Shown here piece after piece: positions 30,186-40,383 of a stretch of DNA of 64,000 nt (positions are counted from its first letter, which is position 1; the number at the start of each line of letters is the position of its first letter). The notes beneath the pieces were generated by a model. It saw only the letters and a program-made list of their open reading frames with translations, was not told the origin of the DNA and searched no databases. The position numbers and the translations under genes are program-made. Origin of the DNA: an uncultured delta proteobacterium (lineage in GTDB: Bacteria; Myxococcota_A; Polyangia; Polyangiales; B10-G4); contig CAVSGI010000012.1 of the NCBI GenBank assembly GCA_963727445.1, forward strand, positions 285,515 through 349,514, read 5' to 3'.

Positions 30186-31097
30186 GTGACCCGCATCGCC
30201 TCCGTCTTCACGTTCGGCGTGCTTCTGCTGGCTCTTTCGAGCTGTGGCGGCGGCTCGGCCGGGACCGGACCTACGGGGGCAGTTGCTGGGAGCCCAGGCT
30301 CTCCACCGACGGCGCCGAGCGCGCAGCCGTCCACCCACCTGCGCCTGGCCACCTTCAATCTCGAGATCTTCGGTCCCGCCAAAGCGGGGCGGCCCGAGTG
30401 GTTGTCGAGGGTCGCCGCGATCGTTCGTCGCTACGACCTCGTCGCAGTGCAGGAGGTTCGCGACGTCTCGGGCCAGGCACCCGCCCGGCTCCTCGAGGTC
30501 ATCAACGAGACCGAAGGTCCGGCCTACGGCATCTCGCTCTCGCCGCGCACGGGCCGGGAGCCTGACGACCGACACTCGCAGGAGCAGTACGCCTACTTCT
30601 TCCGAACGGATGTCGTGGAGGTGGTCGGTGAATCGACGCTCTTCGACGACTCGGCACACGACTACTTTCAACGCGAGCCTTACTTGAGCCGCTTCCATCT
30701 CGTCGGTTCGGACGCGTCTTTCGTCCTGATGAACATCCACACCCGCCCGCGCGCAGCCGTGAGCGAGATCGCCGCGATGGAGCATGTCTTTCGATGGGCG
30801 AAGGAGCACTTTCCGGACGAGGAGGTCTTCATCGCGCTCGGCGACTTCAACGCCGGGTGCGGCTACGCTTCAGAGGACGATCTAGACGCCCTTCCCATCC
30901 ACGGCGAGGCCTACGACTGGGTGGTGCCGCATTCGGCCGACACCAACGTCGCCGACAGCGCCTGCCCCTACGACCGAATCGTGGTGTCGGCGCCGAGCGG
31001 GGACCTGTTGGTCGAGGAATGGGGCGTCGACCGCGCCTTCGACGAGGCCGAGCGCCTCTCCGACCACTACCCGGTCTGGGTCACCCTCGTCTTTTAG
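30186..31097 (+). CDS. DNase I-like exo/endo/phosphatase lipoprotein
   Basis: Lipobox LSSC; motifs TFNL, VQEVRD, EQYAY, FQREP, IHTRP, GDFNAGC, CPYDRIVV and SDHYPV. Confidence 0.9.
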   Translation: MTRIASVFTFGVLLLALSSCGGGSAGTGPTGAVAGSPGSPPTAPSAQPSTHLRLATFNLEIFGPAKAGRPEWLSRVAAIVRRYDLVAVQEVRDVSGQAPARLLEVINETEGPAYGISLSPRTGREPDDRHSQEQYAYFFRTDVVEVVGESTLFDDSAHDYFQREPYLSRFHLVGSDASFVLMNIHTRPRAAVSEIAAMEHVFRWAKEHFPDEEVFIALGDFNAGCGYASEDDLDALPIHGEAYDWVVPHSADTNVADSACPYDRIVVSAPSGDLLVEEWGVDRAFDEAERLSDHYPVWVTLVF

Positions 31098-33128
31098 AGC
31101 TCGAGCGTGCCGGGGTCGCTGTCGTCGGGGATGGGGACCGCCATGCCATCGACGTTGCGCTGGTTGTCGACGAGCTCGACGGAGGTGAGGTCGTCGACGG
31201 CGGATCCGGTGTCGCCCGAAGAGTAGATGCCGACCGGGTTGCCGGCGATCTCGCCGTTGGAGAGCGGGGCGCGGCTGTCGCCGATGAGCGCCAGGCCGGC
31301 GAGGGCGTTGTTCGCGAGAAGGAAGCCTCGCATCGTGGCGGTGCCGCCGGCGATCACGAACAGGCCGATGCCCCCGGTCTTGCCCATGCAGTCGCTCCTG
31401 CACGGCTGCAGGACGGTGCGCTCGATGCGGACCTCGTCGAGGTCCACCGAACCCTCGTCCACGTACATCCCGAGCTCCGTGTTGTCGGCGAGGTGGACGC
31501 GACCCCCGGTCATCGAGGCGCCTGCGCCGCTCACCACCACGCCGCGCCCATACCACCCGGACGCCGCCTGCGGCTGCGTCCCGTGGATCGCCAGATCGTG
31601 CACCTCACTCGTGCTCCCGCTCACGAAGTAGCCGATATCGACGTTGTCATGCATCTCGACCCGGGTGAGGTCGAGTCGCCCGCCGAGGAACACCTCCGCG
31701 CCTCGCCCGGCGCGGTCGAGGGTGTTTTCGCGGGTGTTGGTGATCAGCGTGTCGGTCGCCGACGCCGTGGTCCCCTCCGAGGCGACGACGAGCCCGATGG
31801 CTTCGTTGTCGTCGAGGATCGCGCGCTCGATGCTGGCGGTGATCCCCCACTGAAACTGCACGCCGCGCCCACCCGCGCCGTCCAGACGGCGGCTGTGGGT
31901 GCGCCGGACGACGAGGTCGGAGAGCTCCATCGAGCTCCCCTCGGTGGATCCGTAGATGCCCAGCTCCCTGCAATCGTCGATGGTCAGCCTGCTCGCGACC
32001 ACGCTGCCCGCCTGCTCGAGATGGAGCCCGCGCCCGAAGGCGCCCCCGCCGTTCTCTCGCACCCCCCGGATGAGCACGTCAGTCGCGGAGAGGGAGCCGT
32101 CCCCGACGAAGATGCCCGAGTCGTGGGTGCGCGCGATGACGACGCGCGAAATCGTCATCCGACCGCCACCGCTGACCTCGATGCCGCGACCGAGATCGGC
32201 AGAGCCGTCGGGCGTGACGTCGCGGATGGCGACGTCGTTCAGCTCGGCCGTCCCTTCCTCGATCACCTGGACCGCGATGTCGTGGACGCGCTCGAAGACC
32301 GCCCGCGTGATCTCGGCGTGGCCGGCCGCCTGGACCTGCACGGCGCGCCCGAACATGTCGTCGCGCGGCGCCGAATCACGCACCACGAAACCGTCGGCGA
32401 TGAAGGTGCCGTCGAGCACGAAGGCGCCCGCGAGCCCGGAGCCAGTGACGATCACGTCGTGTACTTCGAGGGTGGCGCCTTCCTCGACACGGAAGCCCGG
32501 TTGATCACCGACGATGGTCGCGTTTCGCACCGTCACGTGGGCGCCTCCATGCGCGGTGACCGTGCCGGTGGACTCGTCGGTGAAGCCGGCGACGATCTCG
32601 GTCTCGGCAGCGCAGGCGCCCCAGAAGACGGTGTCCTCGGGGAAGGTGCCTCCGAAGGAGTGCCGCCCCTTGCCGAGGGCGAAGATCTCTCCGCCCGAGG
32701 CCGCGCGAAACACCTCGTCGAGGTTGGCGAAGGGGCGCTCGCGCGATCCGTCGCGGCCGACGGGCGGCGCAGAGGTGGAGACGAAGAGCACGGTCGCGTC
32801 GGCCGGGAGGTCCTCGGGCAGGTCACCCGCTGGACAGGGCGGGCCCACGACCTCGCACGCCGCACCCCCAACGAAGCGGGCGCTGCCGGCGGGGCAGCTG
32901 GTGTCATCGTCCTCGCCCCACGGCTCACAGAAGGTCGCGCCGCTCGGGAGCGCCGCCTCGGACCAGCCCATCGGGCAGGGCATCATAGGCGCCGTGGGCG
33001 GGGTCACGAAGGCGTCCGTGCCTGCGTCGGGCCCGACGCCGGAGTCGGTCGTCATCCGCATGTCGTCCGAGCACGCTGCGAAGAGCAACGCGGCCATGGA
33101 CGCGATGAAGGACGTTCCGTCGCGACAT
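31094..33128 (-). CDS. Beta-helix lipoprotein (paralog 3); full signal peptide probably needs a frameshift correction near 33115
   Basis: Track ORF 31094..33097 has lipobox FAAC but a truncated signal. ATG 33128 with one A removed gives MSRRTSFIASMAALLFAAC. Confidence 0.8.
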
Positions 33129-33151
33129 GCGACCAGCCTAGCAGGTCCTCC

Positions 33152-35089
33152 TCAGGGAGCGTGGCCCTGCCTGAGCCAGCCGCCGCGACCGGTTCCCCAG
33201 ACGATGCAGTTGTCACTGGCACCCGGCAGATCCCAGATCTGCACGCCCCCATCGCCACCGCCGAGCGTGTCCTTGAGGGAGATGACGAGCTCGGGCACGC
33301 CGTCCCCATCGACGTCGGCGATGGTGGGCGCGGCCATCGAGCCGCGTCCGAAGAGCTCGACCTTCTGGAGCTCGACGCCATTGGCGTTGAGGATGATCAG
33401 GTGCGCCGGAGTCTCGGGCTCGCGGGGTGCGCCGGAGGAGAACGTGGTGAAAACCACCTCCGGCACGCCGTCGCCGTTGAGATCGGCGACCAACGGCTCG
33501 CTGCCGCCGACGTAGGGTGACGGTCCGGTGCCGAAGGTGTAGGACCAGAGCTGGGTGCCGTCTGCGGCGAAGGCGTAGAGGTTGCCGTCGTACGCGGGCG
33601 CGATGATCTCGGGTCCCGGTTGAACGCTGAGCTCCGCCACCGCCACGGACGGGTGCGTCGGCACGATGTTCTGGCCGAGGCTCGACCCGTCGTGGAGCGG
33701 GCCGCCGGTGTCCTTCGGAGCCACCCATCCCGCGGGACGCGACGCGTCGTGGTTCAGCGCCCAGAAGGTCACTCCCTGGTTCATGGTGCTCTCGCTCGAC
33801 TCGTGATCGCCCACGAGGATCACCTCGGGGTCGCCATCCCCGTCGAGGTCGCCCATCGACGGCGGGCTGTAGGTGAACTCCGACCGATCGCCCGAGCCCC
33901 ATCCCTGATGGGCCAGGTCGATGTCGTGGTAGGCCTCCACCGCGGTGACGACACGGTCCGTGAATTCGGGGGCGGTGGGGAAGGGCGCCCCGTCCCGATC
34001 GAAGATACCGAAGCCGATCGCGTCGTAGGTCGAGATCACGTCGAGGTAGCCGTCACCGTCGAAGTCGGCGAGACCGATGTTCTGGTTGTAGCCGCCGAAG
34101 TCCCAGCACGGCTCGGCGGGCGCGGGCGGGTCGCAGGTGTCGTTGTTCACCTCCGGCCATCCTGGGCGCATCGATCCGTCGAGCGCGTAGACCGCGGTCG
34201 CCGGGCCGCTGTTGGTCTTGTTCACCACGATCTCGAAGGAGCCGTCGCCGTCGAGGTCACCCGCGGTGATCGAGCGGACCTCGGAGTCGCCGAAGGTGAC
34301 CGGCCATCCCGGCAGGAGCTCGCCCTGATGATCGTAGACCGCCACGTTGGGCCCGCCGCCGTCGGCGTCGGAGCCGACCGCGATCTCCATGTCGCCGTCG
34401 CCGTCGAAGTCGCCGACAACCGGCGAGGCCCACATCCGCGTGCTGCCGTGGTCATTGGGGTCCGAGGCGCTGTGGCTCCACGCCGCGCGCCAGAGCATCG
34501 CCCCTTCGTGGTCCCACACGTAGAGCACCGAGTGACGCGACGCCACGATCTCCATGTTCCCGTCGCCGTCGAGGTCCGCGACCGCGGGCGAGGCGAACCA
34601 GTTCTCGTCCCAGCTCGCCGGCAGCGTCATTCGCAGCGTCGGCGTCTGCACGTCACCGCTCGACCCCGCGGGATCCGCCGCGCAGGCCGAGCCTTCGTCC
34701 ATGACGCAGGCGTCTCCGTCGGGGTGATAGCCCGCCGAGCAGCCGCGACACACGGCACCCAGATACCCCGCGTTGCACGTGCAGACGACGCTGCCACTGG
34801 CGTCGTCGCAGGTGCCGCCGCTGTTCGACTCGTTGCAGGTGTCGGCGCCACAGGTGGCGGGCAGACACGCGCCGCCGCTGGCCGAATAGCCGCTGGCGCA
34901 GTCGTGGCAGGTCGAACCCTCGTACGCCGCGTTGCATGTACAGACGACGATGCCGCCGGTGTCGTCGCAGGTGCCACCCCCATTCGACTCGTTGCAGGCG
35001 TTGGTGCCGCAGGTGGGCGGTGGCGGCGGGGTGTCGTCACCCCCGCAGCTCAGGAGCAGCGCGGTGACCAGAGCAATTCGAAGGGCCAT
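33152..35089 (-). CDS. Lipoprotein with two EGF-like repeats and FG-GAP/VCBS repeats
   Basis: Lipobox LLSC; CxCNA.Y.G..C twice; multiple SPxVADLDGDG repeats. Confidence 0.88.
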   Translation of the reverse strand: MALRIALVTALLLSCGGDDTPPPPPTCGTNACNESNGGGTCDDTGGIVVCTCNAAYEGSTCHDCASGYSASGGACLPATCGADTCNESNSGGTCDDASGSVVCTCNAGYLGAVCRGCSAGYHPDGDACVMDEGSACAADPAGSSGDVQTPTLRMTLPASWDENWFASPAVADLDGDGNMEIVASRHSVLYVWDHEGAMLWRAAWSHSASDPNDHGSTRMWASPVVGDFDGDGDMEIAVGSDADGGGPNVAVYDHQGELLPGWPVTFGDSEVRSITAGDLDGDGSFEIVVNKTNSGPATAVYALDGSMRPGWPEVNNDTCDPPAPAEPCWDFGGYNQNIGLADFDGDGYLDVISTYDAIGFGIFDRDGAPFPTAPEFTDRVVTAVEAYHDIDLAHQGWGSGDRSEFTYSPPSMGDLDGDGDPEVILVGDHESSESTMNQGVTFWALNHDASRPAGWVAPKDTGGPLHDGSSLGQNIVPTHPSVAVAELSVQPGPEIIAPAYDGNLYAFAADGTQLWSYTFGTGPSPYVGGSEPLVADLNGDGVPEVVFTTFSSGAPREPETPAHLIILNANGVELQKVELFGRGSMAAPTIADVDGDGVPELVISLKDTLGGGDGGVQIWDLPGASDNCIVWGTGRGGWLRQGHAP

Positions 35090-35193
35090 GGCTCGATCTT
35101 GCCCGAGCAGGGGTGCTTTCGGCGAGGCACCTCGCCCAAATGGCGAATTGTCGTGGGGGATCGCGGGGATCCAGCTTCCGCTATCATCGCGGC

Positions 35194-35613
35194 GTGTCGG
35201 TCACCCTCCGCCCCCGCCTCTTTCTCTTCTACCTCGCCGTGTGCCTGGTGGGCGCCGTCGTGATGGGCGTGATGGGCGCGGGCTTGGCCACCCTGGCGCC
35301 CCTCGCCTTCGCGGCGATCGTCGGGATCTTCTGCCGTCAGATGCTGCGCCTCGACGACGCGGGGGTTCGCTACCGTGGGCTCTTCCCCAAAGAGGACTTC
35401 CGACTCGCGTGGAGCGAGGTGAGCCAGGTGGTGGTGGACGTCGTCTCGGACGCGAGCCCAGGCAACCCCGGTGGTCGAAAGGCGCGCGCGCGCTTTCTGC
35501 GCCCCGACGCGCCCGGGCTTGCGGCGATGCTCTTCGCCGCGCGGGACGCGGAGGCGGTGGTCGAGGTGTGCCAGGCGCGGGGCGTCGACGTGGTGGACGA
35601 TCGCCAGCGCTGA
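35194..35613 (+). CDS. Small membrane protein (two TM segments plus PH-like soluble domain)
   Basis: Two hydrophobic segments followed by LDDAGVRYRG...LAWSEV. Confidence 0.6.
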   Translation: MSVTLRPRLFLFYLAVCLVGAVVMGVMGAGLATLAPLAFAAIVGIFCRQMLRLDDAGVRYRGLFPKEDFRLAWSEVSQVVVDVVSDASPGNPGGRKARARFLRPDAPGLAAMLFAARDAEAVVEVCQARGVDVVDDRQR

Positions 35614-35696
35614 CCGCCCTCGGTACACGCGTGTGTGTCCCACGTTCCACGCGACTCACCCGTGGATCCCCCGATCTTCGGAGCCTCGTCGTCGGC

Positions 35697-36740
35697 ATGG
35701 CACTTGAAGCCCGAGGGGCCGTGCTCGCCGGTCACCACCTGCGCCTCGCCCTCGTCTTCGTCCTGTCGGCGTGCGCGGGAGAGCCGAGCGCGGGCGCGCC
35801 CGAGCCAGGTGCGCCGCCACCGGCGAACCCGTCGGTGCCTCTCGCGCGCCGAGCGTGGCCCACGCTCGAAGAGGAGCCCGAGATCCGCGTCCTGCTCGCC
35901 GAGGGGCCGGAGGCTCAGGCCGTCGACGAGGGAGACCTTCCCGGCGAGCTCCGGCGCGCCGGCGAGGGGGACGAGGCCATCGCCGTCCTGGTGCTTTCGA
36001 TGGAGAGCTACCTTCGCGGCGTGGTGAGCTCGGAGATCCCGTCGGCCTGGGGGATTGAGGAGAAGAAGGCGCAGGCCATCGCCGCCCGCTCCTATGCGAT
36101 CGCCCATCTACGCGGGGCAGGCGACTACGACATCCAGTCGACGACGCTCGATCAGGTCTACCGCCCGCGAGAGAATCCCGGCGCCGTCCTCGCCGTCGAG
36201 GAGACGCGCGGACAGGTGCTCGTCGACGAAGTGACCCGCGACCTGGTGGAAGCCTTCTACCACTCGACTTGCGGTGGCCATACCGAGGACGCCGCGGAGA
36301 TCTGGCCAGCGGCGCCGCCTCATCGCTGGGCCACCTCCTGCGAGAGCTGCGCGGCCTCGCCGCGCTATCGGTGGCAGGTGCGCCTCCCCCTCGCGCGCAT
36401 CGCGGCCGCGTTCCCGGAGATCGAGGGGGTGGACGCGATCCGCCTCGACGACTGGGCCGACTCCGGCAGGGTCCTCCACGTCACGCTTCTCGACGGAACG
36501 ACCGAGCATCCGATGGATGCGCCCTCTTTCCGGCGCGCGATCGGCACTGGGATCCTGCGCAGCGCCTTCTTCGAGACCGAGGCGCGGGGCGACGCGATCG
36601 TCTTCCGAGGGCGCGGCTTCGGCCACGGAGTGGGGATGTGTCAGTGGGGGGCGCACGGTATGGTGGCCGAGGGCGCCGACCACCTCGCGATCCTCGAGCG
36701 TTACTACCGCGGCACTCGGGTGCACCGGCTCTACGAGTGA
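35697..36740 (+). CDS. SpoIID/LytB domain protein (lytic transglycosylase-like), lipoprotein
   Basis: Motifs ESYLRGVVSSE, KAQAIAARSYA, YHSTCGGHTE and GRGFGHGVGMCQWGA. Confidence 0.92.
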   Translation: MALEARGAVLAGHHLRLALVFVLSACAGEPSAGAPEPGAPPPANPSVPLARRAWPTLEEEPEIRVLLAEGPEAQAVDEGDLPGELRRAGEGDEAIAVLVLSMESYLRGVVSSEIPSAWGIEEKKAQAIAARSYAIAHLRGAGDYDIQSTTLDQVYRPRENPGAVLAVEETRGQVLVDEVTRDLVEAFYHSTCGGHTEDAAEIWPAAPPHRWATSCESCAASPRYRWQVRLPLARIAAAFPEIEGVDAIRLDDWADSGRVLHVTLLDGTTEHPMDAPSFRRAIGTGILRSAFFETEARGDAIVFRGRGFGHGVGMCQWGAHGMVAEGADHLAILERYYRGTRVHRLYE

Positions 36741-36747
36741 CCTCGCG

Positions 36748-38043
36748 TCAGTCGTCCCAACCGCACGCGGGCCGCGCGGCGGCGAGGGCGTCTTCGAGGG
36801 CGTCCCACTCGTGCTCCGCCTCGGGAACCAATCGAGGGCGGGAGAGGTGCGCCAGCCGAGCGGCGTTGCCTCGGCCATTGCGATTCCAGGTGGCGTAGAC
36901 GTCCTCCAGAACGTCGCCGAAACCGTAGAGCCGATCGATGCGCTGCGAATCCTCGGGCGTCTCCTCGCCGTCCATGTCGAGGCTCGCCTCCGAGAGCTCG
37001 CGATCGCGCGACACCAGGCGGAGCAGGTTCGCGAGGCGAATGCGCGCGTGGTTCTTGGCCCACCAACAGCGCTCTTCGTCGTCGTCCAACCACTCCACGA
37101 CGGCGTCGAACGCGGCGACGGCGGCATCGAGCCCGTCGCCACCACCGCTCATCGCCAGGCGAACCGCATCCGCCCGCGCATGGCTGACCGGCTCGACGAC
37201 CTCCAGCACGCTCACCAGCGCCTCGTGACGTTGCCCCGAGAGCGCGCGACCCTCCTCGGGATCGGCCTCCGACACCTCCGCGTCGATGGCGTGGGCGTGG
37301 CGTCCGTCTCCATAGGTGATCCATCGGTCGGTGAAGAAGGCGATGCGCCGGTGCGTGAGCGCCCGCAGCCTCTCGCGGTCGGCCGAACCTTCGGCGGGCC
37401 GCTCGGCCGGGAGCGCCCCCACGCCGAAGCGCGGAAATCGCTGGCCGGGCGTCGCACCCTCGGCGTGGCCCATCACCCGCAGCTCCGAGACACACGCTTC
37501 GCGCCAGTCCTCGCGCGCGCCCGGTGTCATGGACACCAGCTCGATGCGATAGGTGCCACCGGGCCCTTCGACAGGCACCGTCTGGAGCTCTCGTGAGTCG
37601 ATGTCCAGCTCGTGCATCGCGACCTCCTCGCCGTCGCGCAGGACGCGCACCCACGAGACGCGGTGATTGGCCGTGAAGAGATCGTTGCCCGGTGTGGACC
37701 TGGTGAAGCCTGCCGTCATCTCGATCGAGGTGATCGTGGCGTCTGCGGGCAGCCGCACGTCGATCCAGGCGCCGGCGAGGTCGCCGCTGCGCGAGTTCCA
37801 GGCGGTCTCCAGATCGCCGTCCGCCAGACGCGCCGCCTGGATCTGCTCGTCGTGATAGGCGGAGGAGACGCCGATGTCGGTGCCGACGGCGCGAAGCAGG
37901 TCGACCGGCGGCTCCTCGGGAGGTGCGGGAGGCGGGGTGGGCTCGGGCGCGGCTGGTGGTGCCTCGGGTGGCGGAGACACGGGCGCCGGCGCGGGTTCAT
38001 CGTCGCACGCGATGACGAGGGCGAGTGAAGCGAGGAGGGTCAT
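36748..38043 (-). CDS. Lipoprotein with discoidin/F5-8-like (galactose-binding fold) domain
   Basis: MTLLASLALVIAC signal, Pro-rich linker and DGDLETAWNS...GAWI...CVSELRV. Confidence 0.7.
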   Translation of the reverse strand: MTLLASLALVIACDDEPAPAPVSPPPEAPPAAPEPTPPPAPPEEPPVDLLRAVGTDIGVSSAYHDEQIQAARLADGDLETAWNSRSGDLAGAWIDVRLPADATITSIEMTAGFTRSTPGNDLFTANHRVSWVRVLRDGEEVAMHELDIDSRELQTVPVEGPGGTYRIELVSMTPGAREDWREACVSELRVMGHAEGATPGQRFPRFGVGALPAERPAEGSADRERLRALTHRRIAFFTDRWITYGDGRHAHAIDAEVSEADPEEGRALSGQRHEALVSVLEVVEPVSHARADAVRLAMSGGGDGLDAAVAAFDAVVEWLDDDEERCWWAKNHARIRLANLLRLVSRDRELSEASLDMDGEETPEDSQRIDRLYGFGDVLEDVYATWNRNGRGNAARLAHLSRPRLVPEAEHEWDALEDALAAARPACGWDD

Positions 38044-38051
38044 CCGTCCGC

Positions 38052-39119
38052 TCACAAGCCCGTCGCGTCCTCGAGCGCGTCGCGTTCCGCCCAGCAGCTC
38101 ACGGCGCCCGTGTCGCGAAGAGCGCAGTGATTGGCCAGCAGGACGGCATCGGTGAGGCCCATGATCGGCTCGAGCGGCGATGGCGCGCTCTGCCCCGTGA
38201 CTCCGGCCTCGCCCCAGCACGAGACCTCGCCGCCCGTGTGCTGGACGCAGGTCTCGCCATCGAATGCGATGGCCAGCGCCGCATCGTCGATGCCATCGGG
38301 GACCGTCGTCTCCTCGCCTGCCGCGGCGTCGCCGAAGCATCGCACCGTGCCTGCATCGGTGGTCACACAGAAATGATGCTCGCCTCCGGAGATCTCGACG
38401 CCGTTGGTGATGCCTTCGATCGGCGTGGGGCCGCCCCCGAAGTCGTCGCCGACACAGGTGACGGTCCCGTCGCGAAGGAGCGCGCACGTAGCCGTCGCGG
38501 AAGTCGCCACGCGAACCGCTTCCGTCACGCCGGGCACGTCGTGCATCGTTGGATAGCGCGTGTTGCCACCGGGCTCGATCTGTCCGGCGCCGTTGTCGCC
38601 CCAACAGGTCAGGCGATCGGGACGGACGACGCAGGTGTGATCGGCCCAGGTGTCGATGTCGAGCGCGTCGAAGAGCTCGGGCACGTCGAAGGGGGCCATC
38701 GACGGCCGAAAGCACTGCACGATGTGCGCTTCGAAGAGGATGCAGGTCTCGCTCTGACCGCGTGCGATCTCGATGCCTCCGAGGAAGCGACCCGCGTCGA
38801 CGAAGGCGGGCGTGTCCCCGTCGATACAGAAGAGCTCGCCGTCCTGTCGCAGCGCGCAGGGCCTCTCGATCGCCCAACCGTCGAGAGCGATCACGTTCGT
38901 GGGGCAGCTCGCGCCGGGGCAGCGCGGATCGGGACCGGTGTCTGCGATGGCCGAATCCGCGATGGTGGAGTCTGCGGGGCCGGTGTCGGCGGCACCGGTG
39001 TCCACCGCGCCGGCGTCGGCGCCCGTGTCGCTGGCCGCGTCGTGCGAAACGCTTGCCTCATTTCCACAGGCGGTGATGAAGAACACCAGAACTGAAGCCG
39101 TTGGCAGTCGAGGAAACAT
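38052..39119 (-). CDS. RCC1-repeat lipoprotein
   Basis: Lipobox ITAC; repeats of the HTC....CWG.N..GQ and TCALLRDGTVTC type. Confidence 0.8.
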   Translation of the reverse strand: MFPRLPTASVLVFFITACGNEASVSHDAASDTGADAGAVDTGAADTGPADSTIADSAIADTGPDPRCPGASCPTNVIALDGWAIERPCALRQDGELFCIDGDTPAFVDAGRFLGGIEIARGQSETCILFEAHIVQCFRPSMAPFDVPELFDALDIDTWADHTCVVRPDRLTCWGDNGAGQIEPGGNTRYPTMHDVPGVTEAVRVATSATATCALLRDGTVTCVGDDFGGGPTPIEGITNGVEISGGEHHFCVTTDAGTVRCFGDAAAGEETTVPDGIDDAALAIAFDGETCVQHTGGEVSCWGEAGVTGQSAPSPLEPIMGLTDAVLLANHCALRDTGAVSCWAERDALEDATGL

Positions 39120-39172
39120 GGTCGGCGCGCATCTTAGCCGACCCGCTGGAGCCGTCGACCTCGGAGATGCGA

Positions 39173-40363
39173 ATGGTCGGGCTCGCACCGGCACCGACGG
39201 GCCGCACGGGCTATCATCTCGTTGCTGTGCCCGAGCGCGACACCGCCGAGATCCTCTCCGGTCTCCTATCACCAGTCCGCTTCGGCGACGAGGTCACCCC
39301 CGGCGTCCGCTTGCTCCGGGTCTCGACCGAGGTCGGGCTGAACCTCGGCCTCTCGGTGGACGGGCGACCGATGCACGTGGCTGTGGCGCCGATCGAGCTC
39401 GCGCAGCGTTACGCGGCGTCGTCGAAGCACTTCGCCTTCTCGTACCGGAGCACAGAGGTCTCCGAGGCGCGCGGCCTCGCGATATGTCGTGACCTCGCAG
39501 CGCGCGCAGAGAAGAACGAAGAAGCTGTCCTGAGCGAGCTCTCGAAGGTTCAGGCGACCCTCGAGGCACCGCGGATCCGAAGGGTGCGGGTGCGTACGCT
39601 CCTCGAGCCGGCTGGCGACGAAGCCGAGCCCTACCTGACGCTCAGTCCCTACGTCGGCTGTCTCATCGGTTGCCGCTTCTGTTATGCGCAATCGCACCTC
39701 GCGGGGTGGCGCGCGCTGGTCGGGCTCCCGGTGGCGCCCTGGGGCTCCTACGTCGAGGTTCGTGAGAACGCGCCGGAGGTGCTTCGCGCGGAGCTCCGAC
39801 AGGTGCCGGTCCTCCCGATCAAGCTCTGTCCCATCGTCAGCGATCCCTACCAGGCGGTGGAGAAGAACGAGGGCCTGACCCGCCGGCTCCTCGAGGTGCT
39901 CCTGGACGCGCCGAAGCGCGACGTGCTGGTGCTGACGCGCTCCGCCCTGGTGCGCCGCGATCTCGACCTCATCGCGGCGTTGGGCGGCTTTTTGGGGATG
40001 AGCATCTCCACCATCGATGATCGAGTACGCGCGCACTTCGAGCCGCGCGCCGCGCCGGTGCAGGAGCGCCTCTCGGTGCTCCGCGAAGCGCGCGAGCGGG
40101 GGATACGCACCTTCGCCGTGGTTCAGCCGCTCCTCCCAGGAGACGTGGACGAGCTCGCCGAAGCTCTCGGAGCCGCGGTGGACACGGCGCGCGTGGACGT
40201 GCTCCACGGCGTGGAGGGCGCGGGCGCGGACTTCGAGCACCCGAGCTACGCCCACGCCCGCGACGACGGATGGCAGACGGAGAGGGCCGAGAGGCTTCGC
40301 CGCGGTCTCGAAAAGCGCGGGGTGCCCCTCTGGACCTCCGAGCTGCCGCCCGACGACGGTTGA
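39173..40363 (+). CDS. Radical SAM protein (spore photoproduct lyase-like subfamily) with N-terminal extension
   Basis: SPYVGCLIGCRFCYA (CxxxCxxC), SDPYQ..E, LTRS and FEPRA; GGAG RBS before ATG 39173. Confidence 0.85.
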   Translation: MVGLAPAPTGRTGYHLVAVPERDTAEILSGLLSPVRFGDEVTPGVRLLRVSTEVGLNLGLSVDGRPMHVAVAPIELAQRYAASSKHFAFSYRSTEVSEARGLAICRDLAARAEKNEEAVLSELSKVQATLEAPRIRRVRVRTLLEPAGDEAEPYLTLSPYVGCLIGCRFCYAQSHLAGWRALVGLPVAPWGSYVEVRENAPEVLRAELRQVPVLPIKLCPIVSDPYQAVEKNEGLTRRLLEVLLDAPKRDVLVLTRSALVRRDLDLIAALGGFLGMSISTIDDRVRAHFEPRAAPVQERLSVLREARERGIRTFAVVQPLLPGDVDELAEALGAAVDTARVDVLHGVEGAGADFEHPSYAHARDDGWQTERAERLRRGLEKRGVPLWTSELPPDDG

Positions 40364-40383
40364 TCCGGGATAGACTCCGCCCC

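Noticed and set aside
30105..30809. N-terminal extension of the 888-aa ORF 28143..30809
   Set aside because: Antisense to the DNase I-like gene; the signal peptide begins at about 30104.
39173..40363. Radical SAM gene as a RiPP maturase for the MNIO precursor or the Cys-rich peptides
   Set aside because: SPL-like motifs, no SPASM Cys cluster, more than 7 kb away and on the opposite strand.
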